From IMG/VR virus record IMGVR_UViG_3300025071_000024, positions 1-34,381 of that record: a stretch of DNA of 34,381 nucleotides; one strand, written 5' to 3'. A model generated the notes under the pieces. The model had not been told where the DNA came from. It ran no database searches and saw only the letters and a program-made list of their open reading frames with translations. This document shows, in pieces, positions 1-10,500 of the stretch. Made by a program: the position numbers and the translations under genes. How positions within the stretch are numbered: the first letter of the stretch is position 1; every line of letters begins with the position of its first letter. The DNA is from a virus. Taxonomy: Duplodnaviria; Caudoviricetes.

Positions 1-9
1 CTTAATACA

Positions 10-780
<771 letters not shown>

Positions 781-784
781 TACT

Positions 785-2272
785 ATGACTGAAAACATGG
801 AACAGTTTATCCTAGATATGGATAGAAAGATGGCTGAAAAGTCATTTAAGTTCTTTTTCACAGACATACTTAAATTTCATTACAGCAGACATCATGAGAT
901 GTGGGATGAAGGTTTGAAGAGTACAAGATACTATTGTGTTAAAGCAAGCCGTGACCACGGTAAATCTACTTTGTTTATGTCCTATGCTTTATGGATAGCC
1001 GCTTTTAATCCGGGTACTCACATTATGATTTTCTCTCACTCATTAGAACAGACACTTGAACACATGAGATTTATTCGTAATAGTATAGAAAGTGCAGAAA
1101 TTCTTAGACATCTAAAACCCGAACAAGGCAGACCATGGGCTAAATCTTACTTTGAGTTTACCAACGGTAGCCGTATCATGGCTAAGTCGGTTGGTGGTGC
1201 TACTCGTGGTTTCCACCCGGATGTAGTTGTATGCGATGACATCTTGTGGGGTACTACAGGTGGAGAATTACAAAGAGCCGCCGATTGGTTCTATGGTGTA
1301 TTACTTCCGGTACTCCACCACACCGCACGATTGATGATGGTCGGTACACCGTTTAGTTACAATGACTTGTATGCTGAACTTGAAGAGAAGGAAACTTTTA
1401 CTGTAGAAACATATCCTGCAATTAATGCCGAAGGTGTAGCCCTTTGGCCGGAAAGATGGAATCTTGAGGCTCTTGAACAACGGCGATTATCAATGCCCGC
1501 TATACAATTTAGCCGTGAGTATCTGTGTGAACCTATTCACGATGTAGCGAGTATGTTTCCTGCTACTATACTAGATGCGGCTCGTGATAAGGACTTAGTG
1601 TTACTCGATAGGGCTGATACTGAATTCGATGAAGAGGGTAATCCGGCAGGTGTCTTTGGGCAACATTTCATTGGTTGGGATACTGCTATCGCTTCGGATA
1701 AGAATGCTGACTTTACTGCTATGTTAGTTCTTAGAACACCACCGGGAGATAACCTAAAACAAATCGTGGGTATAGTACACGAAAAAGGTCTTGGTGGTGC
1801 GGCACAGAAAAAACAAATTTTACTGTTAAATAACAGGTTTCAACCGGACTTGATTGAACTTGAAGGTAACAACTTTCAGCGTATGTTTGCGGCTGAACTC
1901 CAAGATATGAGGGGAGATATACCAATTCGTACATTTATGACGACACGCCAAAGAAAAGAGAGTATGTTCATGTCACTTCTTATGGCGTTTGAGCAAGGGC
2001 AGATAAAAACTCCATACGGTGATGAGCGAAGCCGTGAATTTACCCATAAGTTAGAATCCGAGTTAAACAGATTTGGTATGCAAAAGAATGGCAAACTAGA
2101 ATCTGTAGGAACTCACGATGACTTGGCTATGGCTTTGGCTTTGGCTAATTGGGGAACAAAAGAATTCAAAGGTTCAATAGTACTACTTGATGATGTGATG
2201 CCCGGATTTGATGAATGGCTAACCGGTAAACCACATAGAAATCATGGAAATAATGATTGGGTGATACCGTGA
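785..2272 (+). CDS. terL: Terminase large subunit (ATPase plus RNase H-like nuclease)
   Basis: Walker A-like KASRDHGKST, Walker B VVVCDD, coupling motif MVGTP, FSREYLCEP, nuclease acidic motifs IGWDTA...DFTA, IELEGN and HDDLAMALALA. Confidence 0.95.
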   Translation: MTENMEQFILDMDRKMAEKSFKFFFTDILKFHYSRHHEMWDEGLKSTRYYCVKASRDHGKSTLFMSYALWIAAFNPGTHIMIFSHSLEQTLEHMRFIRNSIESAEILRHLKPEQGRPWAKSYFEFTNGSRIMAKSVGGATRGFHPDVVVCDDILWGTTGGELQRAADWFYGVLLPVLHHTARLMMVGTPFSYNDLYAELEEKETFTVETYPAINAEGVALWPERWNLEALEQRRLSMPAIQFSREYLCEPIHDVASMFPATILDAARDKDLVLLDRADTEFDEEGNPAGVFGQHFIGWDTAIASDKNADFTAMLVLRTPPGDNLKQIVGIVHEKGLGGAAQKKQILLLNNRFQPDLIELEGNNFQRMFAAELQDMRGDIPIRTFMTTRQRKESMFMSLLMAFEQGQIKTPYGDERSREFTHKLESELNRFGMQKNGKLESVGTHDDLAMALALANWGTKEFKGSIVLLDDVMPGFDEWLTGKPHRNHGNNDWVIP

Positions 2273-2454
2273 GTTGTAATTGTGAACATTGTACAGGCAT
2301 GGGAAGTGCTTGGGATTATATGCAAAAGAAATTATGCCCTGCTGGAAAAGCGGCGGCTAAGAAAAAATTCGATGTCTATCCATCAGCCTATGCGAATGGG
2401 TGGGCGGTGCAATACTGCCGTGGTAAGTTTAAGAAAAAGGGGAAGAAGAAATGA
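2269..2454 (+). CDS. Small basic protein with N-terminal CxCxxC and a KKFDVYPSAYANGW motif (recalled as DUF5872-like, N-terminal half)
   Basis: GGTGAT SD at 2260-2265 precedes GTG 2269, which overlaps the TerL stop (GTGA). The family assignment is from memory only. Confidence 0.7.
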   Translation: MSCNCEHCTGMGSAWDYMQKKLCPAGKAAAKKKFDVYPSAYANGWAVQYCRGKFKKKGKKK

Positions 2455-2612
2455 AACTTAAAAAAGATAAATGTTGTTGTGGTGGCACTAAAAAAACACC
2501 ATGTGTATGTATGATAGAAGGCAATCAATGTTCTGCATCTTCACCTAAATGTCCTTGTTATGCATTAATGGATAAACAGAAAAATATCAAAAAAATGGTT
2601 GCAGTAAGGTGA
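2451..2612 (+). CDS. 53-aa Cys-rich (8 Cys) metallothionein-like miniprotein, not in the ORF track
   Basis: Hand translation: MKLKKDKCCCGGTKKTPCVCMIEGNQCSASSPKCPCYALMDKQKNIKKMVAVR. ATGA overlap with the upstream stop; its own stop lies in GGTGAT, the SD of the next gene. Confidence 0.8.
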   Translation: MKLKKDKCCCGGTKKTPCVCMIEGNQCSASSPKCPCYALMDKQKNIKKMVAVR

Positions 2613-2616
2613 TACT

Positions 2617-3069
2617 GTGACTGATAGATGTACCTGCCATGATGTTCTTATTGTTAAGAACTTGAACCGATGGTTCAAAGAAAAATGGGTAGATGTATCT
2701 CGTAAAAACAAAGATGGTAAACATCCACCATGTGGTAGGTCAAAGGCTAAGAAAAGTAGCAAGGGTTATCCAAAGTGTAGACCAAGTGTAAAAGTTACAA
2801 GTAAAACTCCAAAGACTTCCGGCTCAATGTCCGAAGGACAGAAGCAAGCCGCTACTAAAAGAAAGCGAGCAAAGAAACAAGGAGTCGGTGGTAAACCTAC
2901 AATTGTAAAGGAGATGAAAAATATGAAAGATGAAGATAAAAAGAAAAAGAAAGGTATGGTAGTAGTAATTGCAGTTGGAGGTAAACCACCAAAAGCACCT
3001 ACTAAGACTATGGATGCTGATGATAAGAAAAAAGCATTCGATGACGCTTGGAATACATTAAATAGATAG
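2617..3069 (+). CDS. Very basic protein with an LNRWFKEKWVDV...CGR...YPKCRP...KTPKT motif (recalled as DUF5872-like, C-terminal half)
   Basis: GTG start after a GGTGAT SD. Lys-rich. The family assignment is from memory only. Confidence 0.75.
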   Translation: MTDRCTCHDVLIVKNLNRWFKEKWVDVSRKNKDGKHPPCGRSKAKKSSKGYPKCRPSVKVTSKTPKTSGSMSEGQKQAATKRKRAKKQGVGGKPTIVKEMKNMKDEDKKKKKGMVVVIAVGGKPPKAPTKTMDADDKKKAFDDAWNTLNR

Positions 3070-3087
3070 GACAATTAGGTGGTCAAT

Positions 3088-4386
3088 ATGTGGGGTAGTG
3101 CTTTACTCGGTGATGAGTATGATTTAACCATCCACCCTGCTGATGATTTAACTAAAAGTGTTATATCTAATTTATCTCAACATCCTAATTTTGTAATTAA
3201 TAAAGCACCTATAGAAAAAACATCGAGTATATTTTCTAATGATAATATTAAGTCTTATAGTTTTGCACCTAATGGTGATGGATGGTTAGAAAGCACATAC
3301 GGTAAAGATGCTAATTCTATTATTCGTATGTGTAGAAAAATGCGTAGATTAGATAAAAATAACCGTGAAAGTATTGATTCTATAATTGATGATATTCGTA
3401 CAATAAAATCTATGGAAATAGAAGCCACTATAGGTAATCTTTCATGGAGTGAAGGTTTAGAAGATGTAATAAAAAACATAGGACTCAATGATAGAAATCT
3501 TAAGGCTTTACGCAAATTCGGTGAAACACGCTCACTATCTTTACAAAAAGCATGTCAACTATATCTTAAATCTATGACCGTTTTAAATATTTTAAATGAT
3601 AATATAGATTGGGGCATAGATGAACAAAAAGAATGGGCTAACGCTTTACAAGTAAAAAAGGATGCTCGAAAAATGTGGTCTAACACATTACACCAAATAG
3701 ATTCACTCACAAAAACTGATAAACAAACTCTTAATTTCATCTCGGAAGAATTGACAAAATCCGGTCCACTTAGTAGTCGAGAGTTAGTTCGTAGAGGTGT
3801 TGGTATTATTTCTAAATCTGCTACTCCAACAAAAATAGGAATGCTACTCAAAATGTATGGTGAAGAAGTAGATATTTACAAAAGTAGTAGTAGAGGTAAT
3901 TTTGTTAAATTAGATACTCACGGTTTAATTATAAAGGATATATGGGCTTATGCCGCAGGTTTCCTCGATGCTGACGGTAGTATATTTATCACAGAAAGAG
4001 GTGAGCCAAGAGCCACTTTTATTGCTACCGGTGATAGAGGTCGTTTACAATGTGAAGAGTTACATAAAGCGATAGGATGTGGCCGTTTAGTATTAAATCA
4101 AAGAATACACAAAAAAAGTGTAAGAAGTCAACACCGCCTTATTTTCTCATCAAAAGATGATTTAAGACAACTATTAAAAGGAATTTTACCACATTTAAAA
4201 ATGAAATCGTTGCAAGCAAAAGCAGTTTTATCCTTTGTAGATGAAAAAGATAAGATGAGAAAGAATGAATTATATCGTGTTGTTACATATAATAACTGGA
4301 AAGACGATAAGAAAAAGGCCGATAGTTTCTTGAGTAAATGGGACTTGGATGAAGATACAATAGGTAGATATGCGGAGAGTTTGTAA
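3088..4386 (+). CDS. Protein with a long N-terminal region, a probable wHTH and a C-terminal single-motif LAGLIDADG endonuclease domain
   Basis: WAYAAGFLDADGSI motif and an I-CreI-like tail (ILPHLKMKSLQA). AGGTGG SD at 3077-3082 favours ATG 3088 over GTG 3079. The stop overlaps the portal ATG (TAATG). Confidence 0.85.
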   Translation: MWGSALLGDEYDLTIHPADDLTKSVISNLSQHPNFVINKAPIEKTSSIFSNDNIKSYSFAPNGDGWLESTYGKDANSIIRMCRKMRRLDKNNRESIDSIIDDIRTIKSMEIEATIGNLSWSEGLEDVIKNIGLNDRNLKALRKFGETRSLSLQKACQLYLKSMTVLNILNDNIDWGIDEQKEWANALQVKKDARKMWSNTLHQIDSLTKTDKQTLNFISEELTKSGPLSSRELVRRGVGIISKSATPTKIGMLLKMYGEEVDIYKSSSRGNFVKLDTHGLIIKDIWAYAAGFLDADGSIFITERGEPRATFIATGDRGRLQCEELHKAIGCGRLVLNQRIHKKSVRSQHRLIFSSKDDLRQLLKGILPHLKMKSLQAKAVLSFVDEKDKMRKNELYRVVTYNNWKDDKKKADSFLSKWDLDEDTIGRYAESL

Positions 4387-6197
4387 TGGCGGATGATGAT
4401 AGTAGAATAAGTCGTTTTCTTTCGACATTAAGTAAACCCTTCAAGCGTAAGTCATCTCCTACACCTACAATGCCACTTTGGACAAGTGGTATTCAAGAAC
4501 CGGTAATGGCACAAGGAATTACTATTCCTGCGCTATTTGCGGTAAGCACAGAATGTTTAATTCTTAGAACAGTTCTTTCTAAACTTAGGCAAGAAATGTT
4601 TAGAAGAGGATATTATTGGGAAAAAAGATTTCATAAGAAATGTACTCAATGCGATGAAGAATTTAGTCATGATGTAGAAAGTTGTGAAACTTGTGGCGGT
4701 GAAGTTAGAGGACCGGAAACAGAAGAACTAACTTATGCTAAATGGTTACTTAAGCAAGAAAACAGTATGGAACAACAATTTCTACATATATTACATGAGT
4801 TAGAAAACGATTTGAATATTGTAGATGATGCGTTTCTAATATTTGTAAAAGAATATTATATTGACCCCGAAACCAAAGAAGTATCATTTTACCGTGTAAA
4901 GGAAATGATTAGAGGTGACCCTATTTTTATGCGAATAGTTGCTGATAAAAGAGGGGTAAGAGGTGGTCGTTACAAAACTTGTTTAATTCATCGTGACCAA
5001 GTTAAGACACATTCCGAAGATGACAAATGTGAAGTTTGTGGTAGTGATTTACAAGATGTACATTATGTCAATATGGCAGGAAGTGGTAAAACACAATACT
5101 TCGTTGAAGGTGAAGTTTTACATTTAAGTAAATATAACCCATCTAAATTATATGGTCGTTCACCGGTAAATACGATGTGGCGACAAGCCATGACTCTAAC
5201 AGCGATGGATAATTACATGTATACTGCATATCAAAAGCGTAGAATGCCAAAAGGTATTATTTCTGTTACCACTGATAATCTTGAGTCTATGAAATCATTT
5301 TGGAAGTCTGTAGATGAAAAAATGGAGAGGGACCCACACTACATCCCTAAAGTTGGTATAGAATCTAGTACAGGTAGAGGTGGCGTAAATTGGGTCAAGT
5401 TTATGGACACGCTTGAAGAAATGCAATATATTGCTGTTCGTGATGAAATAAGAAATCGTATAGCCGCATATTTTGGTGTATCGAGTATTTTTATGGTAGA
5501 CAACGGTAAGTCCGGTGGACTTAATAATGAAGGTCTACAGATTCTTGTTACTAATCGTGCAGTAGAGTTTGGGCAAAAAATCTATACCGATGTATTGTTC
5601 CCTAAGATTCTAAAGCAAATGGGAGTACATGATTGGAAATTAACTCTTTATCCAAATGAAGAAGAAGATGAAATTACAAGACTACGCCGAGATGAGCAAG
5701 AATTGAATGTAGCACAAAGAATGGCTCAACTAGGATTTGTACCGGAATTAGTTAATGGTGATACTAGTAATGATATTAAATTTGTTTATCGTAAACCTAA
5801 ACCCGAAGAACAACAACAAGGCGCACCACCTCCGGGTGGCGCACCACCTCCGGGTGGAGGAAGAATGCCTCCGGGTGGAATGCCTCCGGGTGGAATGCCT
5901 CCGGGTATGATGGGTGGAATGCCTCCGGGTATGATGGGTGGAATGCCGATGCAGGGCGCACCTATGATGCGAGGAATGCCTCCGGGTATGCCACAAGGTA
6001 ATATGCCAATACCACCTCCACAACCCGGTGGTCAAGGAGTAGGAATACGCAACCGTGGTCCTGCCGCACCCGAAAGAAGAACCTCACCGGGTAGTGGCGC
6101 ACCTGTAACTAGTGTACAACAAAGAGGACCACCACCTTCGATTGGACAACAAAATGTAAATGCCATGCAAAATGCACGAAGATTTAGAGGGGCGTAA
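4386..6197 (+). CDS. Portal protein with two zinc-finger insertions and a Pro/Gly/Met-rich C-terminal tail
   Basis: Lies between TerL and protease/MCP. Portal-like motifs EVLHLSKYNPSKLYGRSPV and RNRIAAYFGVSSIF. CTQC...CETC and CLIH...CEVC clusters. Confidence 0.88.
   Translation: MADDDSRISRFLSTLSKPFKRKSSPTPTMPLWTSGIQEPVMAQGITIPALFAVSTECLILRTVLSKLRQEMFRRGYYWEKRFHKKCTQCDEEFSHDVESCETCGGEVRGPETEELTYAKWLLKQENSMEQQFLHILHELENDLNIVDDAFLIFVKEYYIDPETKEVSFYRVKEMIRGDPIFMRIVADKRGVRGGRYKTCLIHRDQVKTHSEDDKCEVCGSDLQDVHYVNMAGSGKTQYFVEGEVLHLSKYNPSKLYGRSPVNTMWRQAMTLTAMDNYMYTAYQKRRMPKGIISVTTDNLESMKSFWKSVDEKMERDPHYIPKVGIESSTGRGGVNWVKFMDTLEEMQYIAVRDEIRNRIAAYFGVSSIFMVDNGKSGGLNNEGLQILVTNRAVEFGQKIYTDVLFPKILKQMGVHDWKLTLYPNEEEDEITRLRRDEQELNVAQRMAQLGFVPELVNGDTSNDIKFVYRKPKPEEQQQGAPPPGGAPPPGGGRMPPGGMPPGGMPPGMMGGMPPGMMGGMPMQGAPMMRGMPPGMPQGNMPIPPPQPGGQGVGIRNRGPAAPERRTSPGSGAPVTSVQQRGPPPSIGQQNVNAMQNARRFRGA
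5820..5990 (+). repeat. Tandem coding repeats GGCGCACCACCTCCGGGT (x2) and GGAATGCCTCCGGGT/ATGATGGGT units (GAPPPG, GMPPG, MMG)
   Basis: Read directly from the 3' end of the portal gene. Confidence 0.9.
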
Positions 6198-6214
6198 GAA
6201 ACGCTTTTAACATA
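6198..6214 (+). promoter_or_regulatory. Possible archaeal BRE/TATA promoter (GAAACGC-TTTTAA)
   Basis: Lies in one of the few real intergenic gaps, about 33-38 nt before ATG 6243. Confidence 0.4.
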
Positions 6215-6242
6215 GTAGTATGTGAGATAGGTAGGGAAGAAG

Positions 6243-6593
6243 ATGGAATTAAAGAAGATGCACCCAATGGCAAGAAAACTTGAACAAGCCCAAAAGGGAT
6301 TCTTAACTGCTCTTGAGAGCGACAATGCGGAAGTAGCAAAACAACACTTAACAGAAGTGCAAAAGTTAGCAGATTTCCTTGCAGATGACCTAAATACAGT
6401 TATAGCGAAATCCGAAACCGGTAGAGGAATTAATGATATTTATGCAGGTGGAGTACCTGTATTGAAGTTTACAGAAGCAAGAGGTAGAACAGGTTCTATC
6501 GAAGGAAAAAGACTCCCCGGTTCTATTACTACAGGAATTAGAAAGTCTAATTTTACTCCTACCACTGGTACATTTGGTCGCTATATTAATTGA
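6243..6593 (+). CDS. Hypothetical head-module protein (helical N-terminus, VIAK|S site)
   Basis: ORF with codon usage matching its neighbours, in the head operon. Confidence 0.8.
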   Translation: MELKKMHPMARKLEQAQKGFLTALESDNAEVAKQHLTEVQKLADFLADDLNTVIAKSETGRGINDIYAGGVPVLKFTEARGRTGSIEGKRLPGSITTGIRKSNFTPTTGTFGRYIN

Positions 6594-6602
6594 GGTCTTA
6601 AA

Positions 6603-6941
6603 ATGACAGAAGATAACTCCGAGCGTTTAGTAAACGCTTTAATCACTAAAATGGAAGTTATGGATAATAGCATTGAACTACTAAAGCAAGAAAATCAGCG
6701 TTTGAAAAAATTACTTAATAATCCTCAATCATTATTAAAAAAGATGGGTATGGTAAAAACTACTACACCATTTACCGAAGATGTACAGAATGACCCATTT
6801 AGAAACGACCTTAATGATAATAGTATTTTAAAAGGCCAAAATTCGTTTATTCCACAAACTAATGAAGAATTCCATAATATGGATTGGGATGACATTCATG
6901 AGTTAGCAAACAAATCTAAAGACAGGGAGATGATACAATGA
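6603..6941 (+). CDS. Coiled-coil protein with a scaffold-like C-terminal motif (putative accessory scaffold)
   Basis: GAGGT SD and a heptad-like N-terminus. IPQTNEEFHNMDWDDIHELAN matches the C-terminus of the protease-scaffold. Confidence 0.75.
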   Translation: MTEDNSERLVNALITKMEVMDNSIELLKQENQRLKKLLNNPQSLLKKMGMVKTTTPFTEDVQNDPFRNDLNDNSILKGQNSFIPQTNEEFHNMDWDDIHELANKSKDREMIQ

Positions 6942-7375
6942 AACCAAGATATGAAGAAGTAAGTTATGAAACTACACTTATGCTTGAAAAAGCAAAAATC
7001 ATGAATGATAGATTAAATACTTTAGAAAAAGCCAAGTGTGACTGTGGTGAAGAACCATGTAAGTGTAAAGATTGTCCATCTTGTGGTTCTAAAGTAAATA
7101 AAGCGGGTATGTGTAAAGCAGGTTGTGATAAAATGGCTAAAGCCCAACCGGGATTCCCACCGGAAAAAATTACTGATGTAAACCCTCACTTTGTAGCAGA
7201 ATCGGGCGGTCAAACAAAGTCCGGTTATTTTACTACTAACGGTAAAACCATAGAAGCCGAAGATGGTAAACCTAAAAGAAAGAAACACGATTCTAAAGTG
7301 AATATGGATAAACTATCATCAAGACAAAACCCACACTCCGATACAGGAGTCGTTAGAGAAGAAAATTTTGATTAA
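6938..7375 (+). CDS. Hypothetical Cys-rich head-module protein
   Basis: GGAGATGA SD and ATGA overlap. Contains CDC...CKCKDCPSC...C...C and repeated xxK|A sites. Confidence 0.8.
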   Translation: MKPRYEEVSYETTLMLEKAKIMNDRLNTLEKAKCDCGEEPCKCKDCPSCGSKVNKAGMCKAGCDKMAKAQPGFPPEKITDVNPHFVAESGGQTKSGYFTTNGKTIEAEDGKPKRKKHDSKVNMDKLSSRQNPHSDTGVVREENFD

Positions 7376-7384
7376 GGTGATATT

Positions 7385-7555
7385 GTGAAACCAATAGCGG
7401 TTAAAAAAGCAAATATCAACTCTAAATTTAGAGAAGCGGGAGAAGCGGGATTACCAATAATATGTAGAAAGTGTGGTGGTACAAATACCGAAGGATGCAA
7501 TTTGCACAAGGGTATGGATATACACGCTTGCCCTCAATTTGAACCGCTATCATAG
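7385..7555 (+). CDS. 56-aa zinc-finger miniprotein, not in the ORF track
   Basis: GGTGAT SD at 7376-7381 then GTG. Hand translation: MKPIAVKKANINSKFREAGEAGLPIICRKCGGTNTEGCNLHKGMDIHACPQFEPLS. Confidence 0.8.
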   Translation: MKPIAVKKANINSKFREAGEAGLPIICRKCGGTNTEGCNLHKGMDIHACPQFEPLS

Positions 7556-7566
7556 GCGGTGAAAAT

Positions 7567-10500
7567 ATGTTACAAGATTTCTACATTCGTAAAAATGATT
7601 TTGTTATCTCACTTTACGATGGTTTAGATTTATCTCGAACTGCCGCAGAATACATCATGGCGTGGGAATCTTTAGAAAAATCTCCTAACGATTTATTTTC
7701 TTTAAATCTTAAAGATACTGCTGAAACAATAATTAAATTTGATAAAAAAGAAGGCGCAGGATATTTATTATCATCTAAACCTACTTTTGGTGAGCCAACA
7801 AACCATGTTTGGGCTGACGGTATGATTCGTAGAGAAGGTAGAGGTCATTCAATATACCCTACTTATAGGGCAGATGCTAAGTCATCTTACACTGACTCTC
7901 ACTTTCCATATCACGAAATGAATCATCCACTAAGACAAATAAATCACGCAACAGGTTTACCTAATATGATAGAGGTGCTTAGGTCGTTTGCGCTAGGTGG
8001 TGCAAGCAATCAAGAAATGGAGATGGAAAAAAAGTGGTATAAATCTATGACTGAAAAAAATAGTCCTTTAGTTACCGGTTTCAAAAGTGGTTCAACTACT
8101 ATACCTATACTTGGAGATATTAATACCCCCGGAACCGTAGCACAACATCAACACCACTTATATGAAAGAGATTACAGAAGATGGAAGAAACAAAATGCTG
8201 ATTTAGAAACTGAACTCCAAAGTAAAGGATTGAAAGCAAAAGAATTAGAAAGTGAGTTACGCCATAGTCATTTTGATGATAAAGTAAAAGACTGGACAAG
8301 TCAAGAAGGTGAACTAGGTTTAGACGGTTTTATGTACGGACTTGAATGGTTTACACCCGAAGAAAGAGATTCAATTGAAGAACAGTTACATGAAGGTATA
8401 GATAATAAATCAACATTTACATTACCTAATGGAGAAAAAATACCTACTGCTAGAATAGCAGTAAATAATTTACTTAGAAGAACACCCGAAATGAACTTCA
8501 TGCTTAGGTCAAATCAAAATTTTGGTCGTAATGCTCATTATCGAAATCAGTCTAATGAAGATGATTACTCACAAGGTGAAAATAGATTCATTCGTAGTGC
8601 TTTAGGTGAATCAGTTCATAATCAAAATGATTTGTTAGATTACCCTATTGCTGACTATATATTAAGTGAAATTAATGAAAAATACGCTGTTGATGGTAAA
8701 GAACCATTACAGGTTTTACCATCACTTGAAACACATAAAACAAAACCTAAAGATAATTATACTTATCAAGATTTACAAAGAGTATCTAAACACAAAAGAC
8801 TCTCTATGGAAGATTTACTTTTCTTAGCAGGATTTGACCCTAATACAAAACAGTTAATTGAAAATCATCCTATACACGGTAAAATGGATGGACCAATTAT
8901 TGATTTACCAACGCTAGAAAAAACACAAGAATATGCACAACGCAACGGAACAGTTCAACAGTTAGCAAAAGAAATGTCAAATGATTTAGCATTTTTAAAG
9001 TCACCACATGGTCCTCATCCCGATGAGGAAAAGCAAGATTTTTGGGAAACAGACCCCGATGGATATACATACGGTCCGGGTAAACTTTACTCTTCATTAT
9101 ACAACAATATACCGGGAATGAATGTATCACCTGCTACATGGATAGACTTTGTACACTCTATGTCACATGATAAAAACAACTCAATTATGTTTCAAACAGA
9201 CCCTACTAATAACCAATTTTGGATGCCAAACCAAGAAAATACTATTTTAGGAATGCACTTTGGTCCACTTTTTTCACAAGAAATAGGTAACTTTAACGAT
9301 TTCAAATTTAACTATACTCCCGAACAAATGCCAATTCAAAACATATTCTCACCATTTGGAACAAGTAAAAGAAGTAATATAAGTGAAAAAAATAATTATA
9401 CTGAACATAAATCAGCAATCAATCCTATGTATGAATATATGATGAGGACAGCATCTCCTGCATTTAAACGACAATTAGATTCATTCAATCAACACTTATC
9501 ACCACACACATCAACCAACCCTACATTTGCTCAAAAACCGGAATCTATGTATGGAAGCACTCCTAGTGATAGTAGATTACACGAAAGAGCAGTTAAAGCG
9601 CAATTACATAATACATTTTTGAATAGAGTAGGCCATCCGTTTACTCCATCAAAAAAATCCATAGGTCAACTTAAAGATTTTTTAACAGGAGATTTAACAC
9701 TATCAGCAGGTCTTGACCTTCAAGAATTCAAAGATTATGTAGGATGGGATTCAAAACCTACTACTTATGGTAATGTTAAAGATATTATAGAAACAGGTGA
9801 CTTTCCAATAGTTAGGTTAGTAAATTCTGCTAGTAAAATACTTAACACAACGGATGGTAGAAAAATCAATGATTTTATAGAAAGTTTATCTGTTGATAAA
9901 AACAATGAAAAATATAAGCAATTACATGATTATTATAGAGATAACTTTGATTTTAATGTTAATGATAAAATAAATCTAAATGCGGCTAATTCTGCATTAC
10001 AAAGTATAACATCTAAATTTCACCAAAGAAAATTAGAAAATAAAAAAAGTAGAAGTTATAAACCTAAAACAAATCCTAGTGAAGTTATACAATCTATTCT
10101 AAGATTTGGTGGTAGTTCTATTTCTACTGAGAAAGAAAATAGAATAAGAGAAACTATTGATTCTATAAATGAAATGCTTACAAATCCCGATTTGTCACAA
10201 GAACAAGTAATGGGTTTAAGAGAGGATTTACAAAATAGCGTAACTCAATTAAATCAAGTTCAACAATCAACAAAACAAAAAGATAAACCTAGTAATCATT
10301 GGAAAATTAATGCTAAACAATATTTAGATATGTTACAATCCCATCATGATACAATAGTAGATTATGCTAAAAATGTAATGATACCACTAGTTATTGAACA
10401 GCAACCCAATGCTTTCGACCCTAGTAATCCCACACAGTTTATACATAATGTACAAAAATTATTGGCTGATACACAAAGGCATATTTTAGCAACTGACAAT

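Noticed and set aside
785-6197. Intein or group I intron hosting the LAGLIDADG domain
   Set aside because: TerL and portal are of normal continuity, no intein-like C...HN/C junctions flank the domain, and the ORF has its own SD and stop.
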